Shown here: piece by piece, positions 33,283-43,090 of the stretch
Position numbering within the stretch: position 1 is the stretch's first letter
How the letters are laid out: each line of letters starts with the position of its first letter
From: Vulcanimicrobiota bacterium
GTDB taxonomy: Bacteria > Vulcanimicrobiota > Vulcanimicrobiia > Vulcanimicrobiales > Vulcanimicrobiaceae
Direction: 5' to 3'
DNA: 64,000 bases
Assembly: GCA_963767635.1 (NCBI GenBank)
Contig: CAVYEM010000001.1
Span: forward strand, 81,818 to 145,817
Program-made: the position numbers and the translations under genes
Notes under the pieces: generated by a model
What the model saw: the letters and a program-made list of their open reading frames with translations, nothing else
Database searches by the model: none
What the model was told of the DNA's origin: nothing

Positions 33283-34007
33283 ACCGCGCGCTCTTCGCGG
33301 CCGCCAGCGGCATGGCGGCGCAGCAGCAAAGTTTGGAGATCATTGCCGAGAATCTCTCGAATGCCGACGTCGCGGGATTCAAAGGCGCCTGCGCGACGTT
33401 TTCCGATATCGCCTCGCCTGCGGGCGGTTCGCTGGGAACCAGCGCGGTGTCGACGCACACCGTTTTTACGCAAGGACGGCTGGTGCACAGCGGCGGTCCG
33501 TTCGACTTGGCAATCGACGGGCCCGGATTTTTTGCGGTGATTGACGGCCGCGGCAATCGCGCGTACACGCGCGACGGCGAGTTTTCGCGTTCGCCCGACG
33601 GCAGGCTGCGCAACGCGCAAGGCTGGCGCCTTCAAGGCGTTCGCATTCCGGAAAACGCGCTCTCGGCGTCAGTTTCGGCTGACGGCATCGTCACCGCGGC
33701 GACGAACAAGGGCGCCGCGATCTGCGGACGCATTCGTCTGGCGCAGTTTGCTTCTCCGGAGTCGCTGCAGTCCAGCGGCGGAACGCTGTTTTTTGCAACG
33801 CACGCGTCGGGCAATGCGCGCTTCGTGCAGCCGGGCCAGCCCGCCGGACCGGCGGTAAAGTTCGGCATGCTCGAGCAGTCCAACGTGACGATCATCGAAG
33901 CGATGATGCAAATTTTGGCTGCGCAGCGCGCGTATGAAGCCAATGCCAAAGGCGTCCAAGCCGCGGACGAAATGATGCGCATCGCCAACAACCTGAGCCG
34001 TGGATAG
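33279..34007 (+). CDS. flgG: Flagellar basal-body rod protein FlgG.
   Basis: SLEIIAENLSNADVAGFK...LEQSNVTIIEAMMQILAAQRAYEANAKGVQAADEMM. There is a GTGA overlap with flgF. Confidence 0.9.
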   Translation: MNRALFAAASGMAAQQQSLEIIAENLSNADVAGFKGACATFSDIASPAGGSLGTSAVSTHTVFTQGRLVHSGGPFDLAIDGPGFFAVIDGRGNRAYTRDGEFSRSPDGRLRNAQGWRLQGVRIPENALSASVSADGIVTAATNKGAAICGRIRLAQFASPESLQSSGGTLFFATHASGNARFVQPGQPAGPAVKFGMLEQSNVTIIEAMMQILAAQRAYEANAKGVQAADEMMRIANNLSRG

Positions 34008-34008
34008 C

Positions 34009-34161
34009 GTGATCGCGGCTCGCGTGCGCGCGCAGTTCGAGTCGCTGCTGCTGCAACCCGTGCTCGAGCCGTTGACCGCGGCGTTCGGCGAGTACGGCGA
34101 GATTGCGACGCAAGGCTTTGCGCAAGCACTGGCAACGGCGCTGGAGTGCGGGCGTGAATGA
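34009..34161 (+). CDS. Small rod-binding (FlgJ N-terminal-like) protein, 50 aa. It is absent from the ORF track.
   Basis: Manual translation from GTG 34009 gives VIAARVRAQFESLLLQPVLEPLTAAFGEYGEIATQGFAQALATALECGRE*. The FESLLLQ...L pattern resembles the Rod-binding domain. Confidence 0.45.
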   Translation: MIAARVRAQFESLLLQPVLEPLTAAFGEYGEIATQGFAQALATALECGRE

Positions 34162-34838
34162 TCTCCAGGACGATCGCGAAGCGCGAATTCGAGCGCTCCT
34201 GCCGCTCGTAAAGCGAATTGCGCGCCGGGTGCATCGCATGATTCCTGGAAGCGATCCGGACGATCTGGTGGGCGAAGGTTCGGTGGGTTTGCTTCGCGCG
34301 GTGGACACCTACGATGCCTCGCGCGGGCCGACGCTGGAAAACTACGTTGCCAAAATCGTTACGGGCGCCATGCTCAACGGTTTGCGGCGCCTCGATCCGG
34401 TTTCGGAGCGCGTGCGGCGCGAAATCCGGGAGGCGGAACGCGAACGCTTTTCGATTGCCACGCAAGCCGGCGCCATGCCGTCGCAGTCCGAGATGGAACG
34501 CCGCCGTCCCGGCCTGCGGCGCGCGAACGTCCATGCATATAGGTACACGCCGCTTTCACTGGATGGACCGTTGCCGCCGAACGAGCGGCTTGCGAGCGAT
34601 TGGGCGGCGGACCCGGCCGCAATCGCCGGCGAACGCGCAGAGCGAGAAGGGGTGCGTGCGGCGCTGAGCGCGTTGCCGGAGCGCCAGCGCCATGTGCTGA
34701 CGCTGCACTATATGCGCGGCGTATCGCTGCAGCAGATCGGAAAAACGCTCGCGATCTCGCCGCAGCGCGCTTCGCAGCCTGCATTTGGCTGCGCTGCGCA
34801 ATCTCAAAAAGGCCTTATATGCCGCGCATCGAGCCTGA
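34154..34838 (+). CDS. fliA: Flagellar sigma factor FliA/WhiG (sigma-28 family), with a 1-nt insertion near 34778.
   Basis: Region 2 is DDLVGEGSVGLLRAVDTYDASRGPTLENYV. Region 4 is LPERQRHVLTLHYMRGVSLQQIGKTLAISPQRASQ. After the shift it continues LHLAALRNLKKALYAAHRA*. Confidence 0.85.
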
Positions 34839-35115
34839 AAGCACGCCGGTGCTGCTTGCGCCGGCATTCAATGTCGGCGTACCTGCGGTCGCGCTCGTTC
34901 CCGACGATGAACTAGAGACGCCTGCGCTTCCGCGCGAACATCCGAAATGGGTCAAAGATGCCGTTGCGGTTTCGCAGCGCGCACGGCGTCTTATGGCGCG
35001 GCTGCGTCCGGTCATCGTGCGCGTGCTGACGTTTTGGGATCATCGCGTGCGCGGAATCATCGTGAACGGCCGCAGCCTGGGCGTGGACTCGAGCGGCAGT
35101 TACAAGCTCGATTGA
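34819..35115 (+). CDS. Hypothetical protein downstream of fliA.
   Basis: ATG-initiated ORF within 34600-35115. I recognise no family and see no FlgM signature. Confidence 0.3.
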   Translation: MPRIEPESTPVLLAPAFNVGVPAVALVPDDELETPALPREHPKWVKDAVAVSQRARRLMARLRPVIVRVLTFWDHRVRGIIVNGRSLGVDSSGSYKLD

Positions 35116-35306
35116 GGGCTGAAGACGTAAACGCGAGTAGACAAAAGCCTGACTTCCAGAGACGACCGGCACGAAACTATGGAATAACGCTGCAGCGAGC
35201 ACAAGAAATCATCGGCCCATTTAAAAGATCGTATTGAGATCGTGGTGAGGCCCCGCAAAAGAAGCGAGACCTGAAACCTTGGCCACGCAGGCTCCGTATA
35301 TCAGCC

Positions 35307-36122
35307 ATGGTCCGTATCATCGCAAGCGTGTCGCTTGCGGCATGCCTCCTCCTTACGATAACGTGGGTCAATGCGGCCCCCGTGTCGAAGCCGCAAGTGA
35401 TGATTCTCGGTGTCGCGCATCTGGCAGCGCGGCGCGACATCCACAACGCCGTATTCCAAGACAGCCCGCTCACGCCAAAGCGTCAAGTACAGATTACCGA
35501 GGTGGTCGAGCGGCTCACGCAATTTCACCCCACGAAGGTGCTCGTAGAAGCGCCGATGGGCGATCAAAAAATCCTACAACAATACCGCCGCTATCTCGTG
35601 GGAGACTTCTCGCTCCCCGCGGACGAAGTTTATCAATTCGGTTTCAAAGTCGCGGCGCATGCGCGTAACAGCACGATCTACCCGATTGATACCTGGGGAC
35701 CGACGCTCATAGACGACAACAGCGCAAGCGGCAAGCTCATCAATTCCTATCTCAAAGATCACTTCACGGATGTGCGCGACCCCCGCTTCAATGCTTTCCT
35801 CGCACGCGAAGACGCGCTCGAACGAAACGGGACCTATCTAGATCTGCTGCGCTATCTCAACACGGATGCGGCGATACGGGCGAACGCGTCGTGGTATAGT
35901 ATATTCGACGGGATGGGGCGTGAGGCGGATTTCGCCGGAAGCGCATACACGGCGCAATGGTACGTAAGGAATGCTTACATCTTTTCCAACATTCTCAGCG
36001 TTATTCGGCCCGGCGATCGCGTCATCGTCATGATGGGGCAGGGACACGAGTACCTCTTGCGCGAGTTCACGCGTCTCAATCCCAACGTAACGTACGTGGA
36101 TCCTCTACGGTACTTGAAATGA
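35307..36122 (+). CDS. Secreted DUF5694-like protein (TraB/GumN/ChaN-type fold).
   Basis: A signal peptide is followed by QVMILGVAHLAA...KRQVQITEVVERLTQFHPTKVLVEAP and later VMMGQGHEYLL. The family name is from memory. The local GC is lower. Confidence 0.5.
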   Translation: MVRIIASVSLAACLLLTITWVNAAPVSKPQVMILGVAHLAARRDIHNAVFQDSPLTPKRQVQITEVVERLTQFHPTKVLVEAPMGDQKILQQYRRYLVGDFSLPADEVYQFGFKVAAHARNSTIYPIDTWGPTLIDDNSASGKLINSYLKDHFTDVRDPRFNAFLAREDALERNGTYLDLLRYLNTDAAIRANASWYSIFDGMGREADFAGSAYTAQWYVRNAYIFSNILSVIRPGDRVIVMMGQGHEYLLREFTRLNPNVTYVDPLRYLK

Positions 36123-36233
36123 ACTGCTCCGCCTGCTGGTTCGGCGATAAAGCGTCCAGCCGCATTAAAATTGATTACCCGTACAGCTGGCCTTTTGCTT
36201 GCGCCTGCGATCGCCTTACGCTATGCTTCGCGC

Positions 36234-36518
36234 ATGAAACTTACAAGCACAGGTCGGCTCTTCGGTATCAGCCGCGAAGCCGCGAATGAATGGTTCAGCA
36301 GAGGCGTGCCGGTGGACCGCATGGCTGACGTTGGCCGCATCGCCGATCTTGCGGATGCGCTGCAACGGCGGTTCAAGGCGGAACGAATGCCACAAATCGT
36401 GCGCTCTGAACTGCCCGGGTTGGGAGGCCGCAACATTCTTGAGATCATCGGCGAACAGGGCACGGTCGCCATCTTTGACCTGCTGGACCGCGCCTTTTCA
36501 TATATACCGCGATCGTAA
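36234..36518 (+). CDS. Xre/MbcA/ParS-like antitoxin (HTH plus a DUF2384-like C-terminus), with no toxin partner.
   Basis: GRLFGISREAANEWFSRG (HTH) and RMPQIVRSELPGLGGRNILEIIGEQGTVAIFDLLDRAF (DUF2384-like). No RES or MbcT gene follows. Confidence 0.45.
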   Translation: MKLTSTGRLFGISREAANEWFSRGVPVDRMADVGRIADLADALQRRFKAERMPQIVRSELPGLGGRNILEIIGEQGTVAIFDLLDRAFSYIPRS

Positions 36519-36556
36519 AACCTGCGGTACCGCGGCGTGAAATCAGCGCCCCCGTT

Positions 36557-37297
36557 CTAGCAGCGTTCGATCAGCGCATCGAGCACGTTTGCCAGACGCG
36601 GTGCCGCCGCGGCGGCGGCCTGCGTCACGTCGGCGTGCGAGGTTTGCGGTGCCGCGACCTGGTTGGTGATGAGGCTGATGCCAAAAACTTCCAATCCACG
36701 CGAACGAGCCGCAATCGTTTCAAGAACGGTGGACATGCCGACCGCGTCCGCGCCGATCGTCCGCAGATAGCGCGCTTCAGCAGCCGTTTCGTAGGTCGGG
36801 CCAAGCAGCCCGGCGTACACGCCTTCGCGTAAATCGCCATCGATGTCGTGCGCAAGCGCGCGCAGGCGCGCACTGTACGCATCGGCCATGTTGACGAACG
36901 GATCGACCAGACCGCTGCGCGCGAGCGGATTCATTCCGCTCAAATTGATATGATCCGCAATGACCATCAAATCCCCGGCCCGGAACTGCGGATTGAGCGC
37001 GCCTGCCGCATTAGTCAGCAGCACGGCCTTGGCGCCGCGATCCGCTGCGATGCCCACGTTGCGCGCGATCTCCGCTGCCGTAAACCCCTGATAGCCGTGC
37101 ACGCGTCCGGCAAACGCGAGCACGCGCTTTCCGCGGTGCCGTCCCACGAGCGCGTGGCCCGCATGTCCGGCAAGCATCGCCGCCGGCATTCCGATCTCCG
37201 CATACGGAACGCGCTCGAAGCGCGCACGCTCCCCTAAGAGTTCGGAAAGACCGCTGCCCAGAACGACGCCGAGGTCGATTTCGCCGAGCTTATCCAC
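36557..37297 (-). CDS. Purine nucleoside phosphorylase (PNP/MTAP family).
   Basis: GVVLGSGL...GRVHGYQG...LLTNAAGALN...GLLGPTYETAAEARYLRTIGADAVGMSTV. Confidence 0.9.
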   Translation of the reverse strand: MDKLGEIDLGVVLGSGLSELLGERARFERVPYAEIGMPAAMLAGHAGHALVGRHRGKRVLAFAGRVHGYQGFTAAEIARNVGIAADRGAKAVLLTNAAGALNPQFRAGDLMVIADHINLSGMNPLARSGLVDPFVNMADAYSARLRALAHDIDGDLREGVYAGLLGPTYETAAEARYLRTIGADAVGMSTVLETIAARSRGLEVFGISLITNQVAAPQTSHADVTQAAAAAAPRLANVLDALIERC

Positions 37298-38841
37298 GCA
37301 GCGCTGCGGCCGGCGTAAAAAGATTTTGGCCGGTCATGCTATCCGGCACAGGCAGATCCATCAAGCGCAGCAGCGTCGGCGCAACGTCGCCGAGCTTTCC
37401 ACCCGCGCTGAGTCTGCCGTCGATATGGTCGCCGACGAGCAAAAACGGCACCGGATTGGTCGTGTGCGCGGTGAGCGGACTCCCGGCTGCGTCGATTTTC
37501 TCTTCGGCGTTGCCGTGATCGGCGGTAATCGCGAGCAGTCCGCCGGCATCTAAAACCGCCCCGCTCAAACGCTCCAGGCATGCGTCCAATATCTGTACGC
37601 TTTCGATCGTCGGCTCCCACTTGCCGGTATGCCCTACCATGTCGGCATTGGCATAATTCATGATGATGACGTCGTACGCACGCGCTTCGATCTGCTCGAT
37701 TGCAAAATCGGTGATCTCGCGCGCGCGCATCCTCGGCGCCAAATCGTACGTCGGCACGGTACGGTCCGACGGAATGAGCCGGCGATCTTCGCCTTCGAAC
37801 ACGTCTTCTCGCCCGCCGTTGAAAAAGTACGTGACGTGGGCGTACTTTTCGGTTTCGGCCAAGCGCAGTTGCCGCAGTCCGCTGCGCGCCACGATTTCGC
37901 CGAACGTCTCGGACTGCGGGCGGGGCCCGAACAGGACCGGGTTCGCAAACGTCTCGTCGTATTTGGTCATCGTGGCGAAGATGAAGTCGGCATAGTGGTG
38001 CGTCGGAAATGGTACGGCGCTTGCATCTTGCGCATTGAAGGCCAGCGTGAGCTGACGCGCGCGATCGGGGCGAAAATTGAAGAAGATGCACGCATCACCG
38101 TCGCGGACGGGCGCCGGCACTCCAACGATCGTCGGCTTGACGAATTCGTCGTCTTCGCCCCTCTCGTATCCTTGCTGCAGCGCATCCAATGCCGTGCGAG
38201 CGGCGTAGGGCGCTTGACCCCGCGCAATGGCATCGTAGGCGAGTCTGCGTGCGCTCCCAGCGATGGTCTCTATCCATGGCGTAATACCGCCCGGTGACGG
38301 TTTTGACGGTTCCTGTGCGTCCCAGCTCGGCGAGGCGATCGTCCAGCGCCGAAAGATAACGCTGCGCGGAGCGCGGCGGCGTATCCCGGCCGTCCAAGAA
38401 TGCGTGAATCGCTACCTCAACGCGGGCGGCGTGCGCGCATGTGATCAACTCAAGAAGATGTGCGAGCGAACTGTGCACGCTGCCGTCCGAAAGCAGGCCC
38501 ATCAGATGCAGAGTCCCACCGGTGCGCTGCACGTGCCGCTCGCACTCGCGCAGCGTGGGATTATCGGCAAAGGCACCCGAGGCGATGTCCGCATCGATGA
38601 TCACCACGCCTTGCGGAACGACGCGCCCGCTCCCCAGATTCATGTGGCCGACTTCGCTGTTGCCCATGATGCCTTTGGGTAGTCCGACCTCTTCGCCGCT
38701 CGCCTCGAGCATCGTCCACGGATACGTCGACAAGAGCGCATTCCAGTGCGGTAACGTGGCTGCTGCGATGGCGTTGCCGTGCGTACGTTCGCTGCATCCC
38801 CAGCCGTCCAGCACGGCAAGCACGATCGGACGGTACTTCAT
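37290..38841 (-). CDS. gpmI: 2,3-bisphosphoglycerate-independent phosphoglycerate mutase, with a 1-nt insertion near 38245.
   Basis: N-terminal ILDGWG...GNSEVGHMNLGSGR and LHLMGLLSDGSVHS are in ORF 38095-38856. The C-terminal part (ADHGNAE) is in ORF 37290-38189. The junction is WERTQ / LAYDAIARGQAPY. Confidence 0.9.
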
Positions 38842-39590
38842 GCGGCGCTCGCACACAATTCAGCGAAGCCGTCGGGATCGAGCGATGCGCCGCCGACCAG
38901 CGCGCCGTCGATGTCGGGCTGGGCGGCGTACTGCGCGATGTTTTGCGCTTTGACGCTGCCGCCGTACAGGATCGAGGTCTCGCGCAACTGCGGCAGGCAC
39001 GTGCGTATCGCGAGCATCAGGTCGTTGGCTTGCGCAGCATCGCAATTGTGTCCGGTTCCAATCGCCCAAATGGGTTCGTAGGCGATCGCAAGGTGTGCAA
39101 ACGCATCGTTCGGCAGGTCCGCGAGCGCGGCGTGCACCTGAGCGATGACGTACTGCGTTGCGCTTCCCGCTTCTCGCACGGCAAGCGGTTCGCCCACCGC
39201 CACGATAGGCCGCAAACCGTGGGCCAGGGCGGCCTGCGTTTTGCGGCGCACCGCTTCGTCCGTCTCACCGAAATACTGCCGGCGTTCGGAATGACCGAGA
39301 ATGACGTACTCGACGCCGACGTCGAGCAGCATTGGCGCGGAGATTTCGCCGGTGTACGCGCCGCGATCTTCCCACTGCATGGTCTGCGCTCCCAGCTTCA
39401 CGCGTCCCGCCGCTCCACCGGCGCGCAGCGCTTTGCCGGCAGTCTGCAGCGAGGTGAACGGCGGACAGAGCGCAATCTGGACGTGCTCCGGTACGGTGCG
39501 CGCCAGCGACAAAAAACGCTCGATGTATGCGAGCGTCTCACCGGTGGTTTTGAACATCTTCCAGTTCCCCACGCACAACCGCGCCCTCAC
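38838..39590 (-). CDS. tpiA: Triosephosphate isomerase.
   Basis: CVGNWKM...ILGHSERR...IAYEPIWAIGTG...YGGSV. Confidence 0.95.
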   Translation of the reverse strand: MRARLCVGNWKMFKTTGETLAYIERFLSLARTVPEHVQIALCPPFTSLQTAGKALRAGGAAGRVKLGAQTMQWEDRGAYTGEISAPMLLDVGVEYVILGHSERRQYFGETDEAVRRKTQAALAHGLRPIVAVGEPLAVREAGSATQYVIAQVHAALADLPNDAFAHLAIAYEPIWAIGTGHNCDAAQANDLMLAIRTCLPQLRETSILYGGSVKAQNIAQYAAQPDIDGALVGGASLDPDGFAELCASAA

Positions 39591-40804
39591 AGGAAACCGG
39601 TCTTCTCGCGCAGCCGATCTTTGGCTTCTTCCAAGGCCTTGATCCCGGGAAGCTCTTTGCCTTCGAGAAACTCCAGCGTCGCGCCGCCCCCGGTGCTCAC
39701 GTGCGTCATGCTCTCGGCAAACTTGAGTTCCTCCGCCGCTGCGGCCGCATCGCCGCCGCCCACGATCGTGGTCGCTCCCCGCTGCGTGGCGATCTTCATC
39801 GCCTCGCCGATCGCGCGCGTGCCCTCCCGATACTGCGGTTTTTCATACACGCCCATCGGTCCGTTGAATACGACCGTGCGCGCGGTTTCGATCACTTTAC
39901 CGTATTCGGCCGCGGTTTTCGGCCCGATGTCCAAGATCATGCTCGTGGCCACCTGTGGCAAATCCACGACGTGCGCGCCCGAATCGTTGTCGAAGTCCGT
40001 CGACACGACGGCGTCGATGGGCAGCAGGAGCGATACGTCGCGCGTTCGCGCGAGTTCCAGGATGGCGGAGGCAGGCTGCAGATCCGAATCGCGCAGCGAC
40101 TTGCCGACGTCGATGCCCTTGGCTGCAAGAAACGTATTCGCCATGCCGCCGCCAATGCAAAAAGCGTGTACTTTCTCCATCAGTTTGGTGAAGACGCCGA
40201 CCTTGTCTTTGATCTTGGCGCCGCCGATGACGCAGACGTACGGCTGCGGCGGATCGTTCACGAGTTTGGAGAGTTCTTCGATTTCCGATTGCATCAACAG
40301 CCCGGCATAGCTCGGCAGATAATGGGCGACGCCTTCGGTCGAGGCGTGCGCCCGGTGAGCGGTGCCAAACGCATCGTTGACGTAGATGTCCGCGAGCTGC
40401 GCAAGCTGCCTGGCGAAATGGGGATCGTTTTGTTCTTCGCCCGGCTCGAACCGAACGTTTTCGAGCATGACGATATCGCCGTCGTGCATCTGCTCGACGG
40501 CTTCGTGCGCGGACGGCCCGACCACGTCGGTCGCAAAGGTCACGTCCATGCTCAGTCGCGTAGAGAGGGCATTGGCAACGGGTTTCATCCCGTATTTCCC
40601 CTCGGGTTTGCCGTCGGGGCGGCCCAAGTGCGAAACGACGATCGTTTTTGCGCCGCGGTCCGCCAGATAGCGCAGCGTATCGAGCGACGCATCGATGCGC
40701 TTGTAATCCAGGATGTCGCCCTCGTGCATCGGTACGTTCAAATCTTCGCGCAGAAGCACGCGCTTGCCGTGCACGTTCACTTCCTTGAGCGTATGAAATT
40801 TCAT
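39587..40804 (-). CDS. pgk: Phosphoglycerate kinase.
   Basis: [13 protein letters not shown]...SHLGRPDG...GGGMANTFL...FNGPMGVYE...STGGGA. The start is set at MKFHTLK (40804). Confidence 0.95.
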   Translation of the reverse strand: MKFHTLKEVNVHGKRVLLREDLNVPMHEGDILDYKRIDASLDTLRYLADRGAKTIVVSHLGRPDGKPEGKYGMKPVANALSTRLSMDVTFATDVVGPSAHEAVEQMHDGDIVMLENVRFEPGEEQNDPHFARQLAQLADIYVNDAFGTAHRAHASTEGVAHYLPSYAGLLMQSEIEELSKLVNDPPQPYVCVIGGAKIKDKVGVFTKLMEKVHAFCIGGGMANTFLAAKGIDVGKSLRDSDLQPASAILELARTRDVSLLLPIDAVVSTDFDNDSGAHVVDLPQVATSMILDIGPKTAAEYGKVIETARTVVFNGPMGVYEKPQYREGTRAIGEAMKIATQRGATTIVGGGDAAAAAEELKFAESMTHVSTGGGATLEFLEGKELPGIKALEEAKDRLREKTGFL

Positions 40805-41814
40805 ACGCCCGCGGGAATCTTCTCCAGAACCATCGCGGTGAGGTCGGCCAGCCGGCACGAGTACCCCCACTCGTTGTCGTACCAGGCGCCGATTTGGATC
40901 AGATCGCCGTTCGCGGCGGTGAGCGAGGAATCGACGATGGAACTGTACGGCAAATGCTTGAAGTCGCTCGAAACCAGTTCTTCCTCGGAGAACTTCACGT
41001 ACTCTTTCAGGCTGCCGGCCGCTGCGCGTTTGAGAATAGCATTGAGCTCCTCTTTCGTGGTGTCCCTTTTCACCTGAGCGACAAGATATACCATCGAAAC
41101 CGTCGGCGTCGGCACTCGCAGCGCGAATCCGTCAAACGTGCCTTTGACTTCCGGTATGGTCAAATAGAGCGCTTTGGCGGCGCCGGTCGAGGTCGGGATG
41201 ATGTTCGTCGCGGCACTGCGGGCACGGCGCAGATCTTTGTGCGGCGCATCCAAAATATTTTGGTCGTTCGTATAGGAGTGGATGGTCGACATAAAGCCCT
41301 TGACCCATCCCAACTCGTCGACGATCGGTTTGACCGCCGTCGCCAAGCAATTCGTCGTGCAGGACGCGTTCGAAATGATGTGATGCTTATCGGGATCGTA
41401 GTTGGCGTCGTTCACGCCCAGGACGATCGTAATGTCCTCACCTTTGGCCGGCGCGGAAATCAAAACTTTTTTGGCTCCGCCGCCGTCGATATGCGCGCGC
41501 GCTTTGCTCGCGTCGGTGAACAGCCCCGTGGATTCGATGACGACGTCGACGCCGAGATCCTTCCAGGGCAGTTTGCCCGGGTCTCGCTCGGCGAGCACGC
41601 GGATCGTTTGCCCGTCGATTGCTATCGCGTTGCCTTCGGCGCCGACGCTGCCTTCGTACGTGCCGTAGTTCGAATCATACTTGAACAGGTGCGCGCATTC
41701 GGCCGCGCTGGTCAGGTCGTTTACCGCGGCAATCGCAATGCCGGGATGGCGCTCGATCAGCGCTTTGGCAAAGTTTCGTCCGATGCGGCCGAAGCCGTTG
41801 ATCCCGATGCGCAT
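40801..41814 (-). CDS. gap: Glyceraldehyde-3-phosphate dehydrogenase.
   Basis: [14 protein letters not shown]...[11 protein letters not shown]...WYDNEWGYS. Confidence 0.95.
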   Translation of the reverse strand: MRIGINGFGRIGRNFAKALIERHPGIAIAAVNDLTSAAECAHLFKYDSNYGTYEGSVGAEGNAIAIDGQTIRVLAERDPGKLPWKDLGVDVVIESTGLFTDASKARAHIDGGGAKKVLISAPAKGEDITIVLGVNDANYDPDKHHIISNASCTTNCLATAVKPIVDELGWVKGFMSTIHSYTNDQNILDAPHKDLRRARSAATNIIPTSTGAAKALYLTIPEVKGTFDGFALRVPTPTVSMVYLVAQVKRDTTKEELNAILKRAAAGSLKEYVKFSEEELVSSDFKHLPYSSIVDSSLTAANGDLIQIGAWYDNEWGYSCRLADLTAMVLEKIPAGV

Positions 41815-41830
41815 GCACGTCAACTCCCGT

Positions 41831-42733
41831 CTAAAAACGCAGGCGCGCGCGGCCTGTAAGCGGCTCTTTACGAGCCGTCCGGCTAGTTTCCCCGCGCAAA
41901 CGGGCGGCCAATCGGCCTAGTGCCGCCAGACGGCTGCTCACGGTCGGTTTGCTCACGGCGGGATTGCAACGGCGGCCCAGCTCGCTCAGACTTTCGTCCG
42001 GATGATCCACGCGCAGCTGCGCGATCTCGCGAAGCGCCGGTGAAAGGCGTTGCAGACCGTACGCGGCGGCCAGGTATTCGATGACGGCACTCTGCGCGGC
42101 GGCGGCTGCGGCGGTGCGCTCTACATTGGCCGCTTCGGTATTGACGAGCCGGTGAATGCGGTTCTTCGTCTCTTTGAGCGCGCGCACGTCTTCGAGCCGA
42201 AGGACGGCGCCGTGCGCGCCCACGATGGTGAGCAATTCCACGATCGCTTCGAAGTCCTTGAAATACAGCACGCAGCGGCGTTTTCGCTGCATCGCTTTGG
42301 GCGCGATGCTCAGCGCGCGCAGCATCCAGCTCAGCCGTGCTGCGAGCGCTTCGTCCGCAAGCACGAACTCCAAATGATAGCCCTGCGTGGCGGCCGAGAG
42401 GGATCCGCATGCCAGAAATGCCGCGCGCGATTCCATGATGCGGTCGCAGCGATGCAGGGGCTTGCGCGGCAACTGCGTGCCGGCCGGCGGCAGCGCCAGA
42501 CGATAGATCGGCGCTCGCCACAGCCGCGTTTCCGCGATCTTTTCGATATGGTTCTCGCTGCTGCCCAGCAGCGTTCGAAAAAGCCTGGCAACGGCGTTGC
42601 GGCGCGTGACGAAATAGCCGCCGCTGCGTCCGTACAGCGACAGGCCGTCGAGCAGCGCGGCGCGGCAGTGGAGTGCGGGGGGAATATCGCGCGCGAGCGC
42701 GTCTTTGGTATCCGCACTCAAACTTACAGCCAC
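41831..42733 (-). CDS. whiA: DNA-binding protein WhiA.
   Basis: Its position upstream of gap-pgk-tpiA is the common whiA context. The C-terminal HTH is [24 protein letters not shown]. The LAGLIDADG-like middle region is degenerate. Confidence 0.85.
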   Translation of the reverse strand: MAVSLSADTKDALARDIPPALHCRAALLDGLSLYGRSGGYFVTRRNAVARLFRTLLGSSENHIEKIAETRLWRAPIYRLALPPAGTQLPRKPLHRCDRIMESRAAFLACGSLSAATQGYHLEFVLADEALAARLSWMLRALSIAPKAMQRKRRCVLYFKDFEAIVELLTIVGAHGAVLRLEDVRALKETKNRIHRLVNTEAANVERTAAAAAAQSAVIEYLAAAYGLQRLSPALREIAQLRVDHPDESLSELGRRCNPAVSKPTVSSRLAALGRLAARLRGETSRTARKEPLTGRARLRF

Positions 42734-42999
42734 TGCGCCGGTTCATCCTTACGCTGCTCGACGATCTCGTATAGATCCGCAGCTTTGATGCCGGGCGTCA
42801 TCCGCAGTGGCACTTCACGCACGCGCACGGTGACGTATTTCGTCGCGTAGTGAATTTCCAACACGTCGCCCGGACGCACGTGGTACGCCGGCTTGAGCGC
42901 CTTGCCGTCCTTGGTGATGCGCCCGTGCTCCAGCGCCTCGTGCGCTTCGCTGCGCCGCTTGCTCAAGCGGGAAATTTTCATGAATTTGTCGAGCCGCAT
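42724..42999 (-). CDS. S4-domain RNA-binding protein (RqcP/YabO/Hsp15-like).
   Basis: MRLDKFMKISRLSKRRSEAHEALEHGRITKDGKALKPAYHVRPGDVLEI is a canonical S4 domain. The protein is ~91 aa. Confidence 0.8.
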   Translation of the reverse strand: MRLDKFMKISRLSKRRSEAHEALEHGRITKDGKALKPAYHVRPGDVLEIHYATKYVTVRVREVPLRMTPGIKAADLYEIVEQRKDEPAQWL

Positions 43000-43090
43000 G
43001 CGCAGAGGTATTGCGGCGCGGGCGCAGCGCGCTCATGCTTCGGATCTGCCGCGGCAGGCGCGCGGCGTGCCGCATGCCAAGCAAGGCCGC

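Noticed and set aside
38943-41859. Long plus-strand ORFs (38943-40310, 39701-41077, 40894-41859) across tpiA, pgk and gap.
   Set aside because: They are antisense shadow ORFs. The glycolytic genes on the minus strand carry canonical motifs.
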